64,000 bases of DNA from Dehalococcoidia bacterium (lineage in GTDB: Bacteria; Chloroflexota; Dehalococcoidia; Bin125). How positions within the stretch are numbered: the first letter of the stretch is position 1; each line of letters opens with the position of its first letter. Shown here one piece after another: positions 63,108 through 64,000 of this stretch. The notes under the pieces are model-generated. The model did not search any database. It was given only the letters and a program-made list of their open reading frames with translations, and had not been told where the DNA came from. The translations under genes were made by a program, and so were the position numbers. Location: contig CBDCDO010000001.1 of NCBI GenBank assembly GCA_965215375.1, positions 146,736-210,735 on the forward strand. The letters run 5' to 3'.

Positions 63108-63869
63108 CTACAGCGTGGCGCCGCCGTCTACGGTGATGGTTTGGCCGGTGACGAAGATGTTTCTTTCGATGAGGGCGATGATGGCGTCGGCGCAGGACTC
63201 GGGGGTGGCGACTCCTCGGAGCGGTGCGGTCTCGCCGAGACGCTTGCGACCGGCCTCGTAGGTGTCTTCGCCTAGACCGCCTCGAAGCCAGCGACCCTCG
63301 ATGAAGCCAGGAGCGATGGTGTTGATCCGGATTTCCGGACCTAGGACTCGGGCCAACGATTTCGTGATCACGTTGACGCCGGCCTTGCTCGCCGCGTAGG
63401 GAATGCTGGAGCCACCGCCGCCTGTGCCGGCGACGCTGGAGACGTTGACCACCGCGCCCTCGCCGGCGGCTCGCATATGTGGTGCGGCGGCTCGAGAGCA
63501 GTTGAAGACGCCGCGCAGATTGGCGCCGATGATGTCGTCCCAGACCTCGTCCGTGACCGCTTCGAGGTCGTCGTGGGCGATGAAGTGCGTCATCCCGGCG
63601 TTGTTCACCAGGATTTCCAGGTGGCCGTACTCGTCGATGGCGGCCTGGATGAGCCGACGGCAGTCAGCGTCGGAGCGGGTGTCGGCCTGGACCGCGATCG
63701 CGGAGCCGCCGTCGGCCTGGATCTCATCAACGACGCGCTGCCCGGCCTCAGCGCCGCGGAAGTAGTTGACGACGACGGAGGCGCCCAGCGAGGCGAGCAA
63801 CTTGGCGGTGGCCTCGCCGACGCCTGAGGATGCGCCGGTGACGACTGCGACTTTGCCGTTGATGTCCAT
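63108..63869 (-). CDS. SDR-family oxidoreductase (FabG-like)
   Basis: TGASSGVG, NNAG and YAASKAG motifs. Confidence 0.9.
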   Translation of the reverse strand: MDINGKVAVVTGASSGVGEATAKLLASLGASVVVNYFRGAEAGQRVVDEIQADGGSAIAVQADTRSDADCRRLIQAAIDEYGHLEILVNNAGMTHFIAHDDLEAVTDEVWDDIIGANLRGVFNCSRAAAPHMRAAGEGAVVNVSSVAGTGGGGSSIPYAASKAGVNVITKSLARVLGPEIRINTIAPGFIEGRWLRGGLGEDTYEAGRKRLGETAPLRGVATPESCADAIIALIERNIFVTGQTITVDGGATL

Positions 63870-63897
63870 GGCTGTTCCTCTTCTCGCTTACATGACG

Positions 63898-63923
63898 AGA
63901 CCGCTCCGATTGGAGCGGTCTCT
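63898..63923. repeat. perfect 11-bp hairpin gagaccgctcc-gatt-ggagcggtctc
   Basis: Lies 29 nt upstream of the minus-strand SDR start. It could be a terminator of a gene beyond the window or a 5' leader structure. Confidence 0.5.
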
Positions 63924-63960
63924 CGTGAATCGCGCGACCCCCTCCGTCGCCCTGCGATAC

Positions 63961-63981
63961 CTCCCCCTGCGAGGGGGAGGT
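63961..63981. repeat. hairpin cctccccc-tgcga-gggggagg
   Basis: Near-identical to the palindrome at 37003..37022 (cctccccctgcagggggagg). Confidence 0.6.
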
Positions 63982-64000
63982 AAGGGGAAGCCGAGCGCTA

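Overview
High-GC bacterial chromosomal window. The gene content (several F420/LLM oxidoreductases, CaiB-type CoA-transferases, SDRs, enoyl-CoA hydratase) suggests a Chloroflexota/SAR202-like or actinobacterial-like organism, but this is a low-confidence inference. Most genes are ordinary metabolism: isocitrate lyase (5' partial), metH, nhaA, an M3 peptidase, a three-subunit xanthine-dehydrogenase-family enzyme, a P450, an acyl-CoA dehydrogenase and SDRs. Accessory features are scattered among them. The most interesting is a minus-strand array of five translationally coupled tandem paralogs (49338..51493). Each encodes a ~143-aa helical protein with an invariant R-x6-H motif and PaREP1/HEPN-like motifs. 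The N-termini are almost identical and two short patches are hypervariable. There is no adjacent antitoxin-like or nucleotidyltransferase gene. Other notable items: (1) a CcdA/DsbD-family membrane protein whose TM1 cysteine helix sits at the C-terminus, an apparent circular permutation; (2) a tandem pair of ferritin-like di-iron proteins, one with a full E/ExxH/E/ExxH ligand set and one degenerate; (3) two large paralogous secreted HExxH peptidase-like proteins with Cys-delimited ~97-aa modules, flanking an LLM oxidoreductase; (4) a lone GHKL/MORC-like ATPase, a lone NYN-domain gene and a beta-propeller-like gene, each in a visibly AT-richer patch; (5) a copper cluster containing a CopC-CopD-cytochrome c fusion; (6) four type II toxin-antitoxin loci, two with a disabled toxin (HicA in-frame TAG, BrnT-like frameshift); (7) REP-like palindromic elements, one split by a ~188-bp insertion flanked by a 10-bp direct repeat. 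No rRNA, tRNA or CRISPR array was found. All family assignments come from motif recognition by eye and need HMM or structure searches to confirm.
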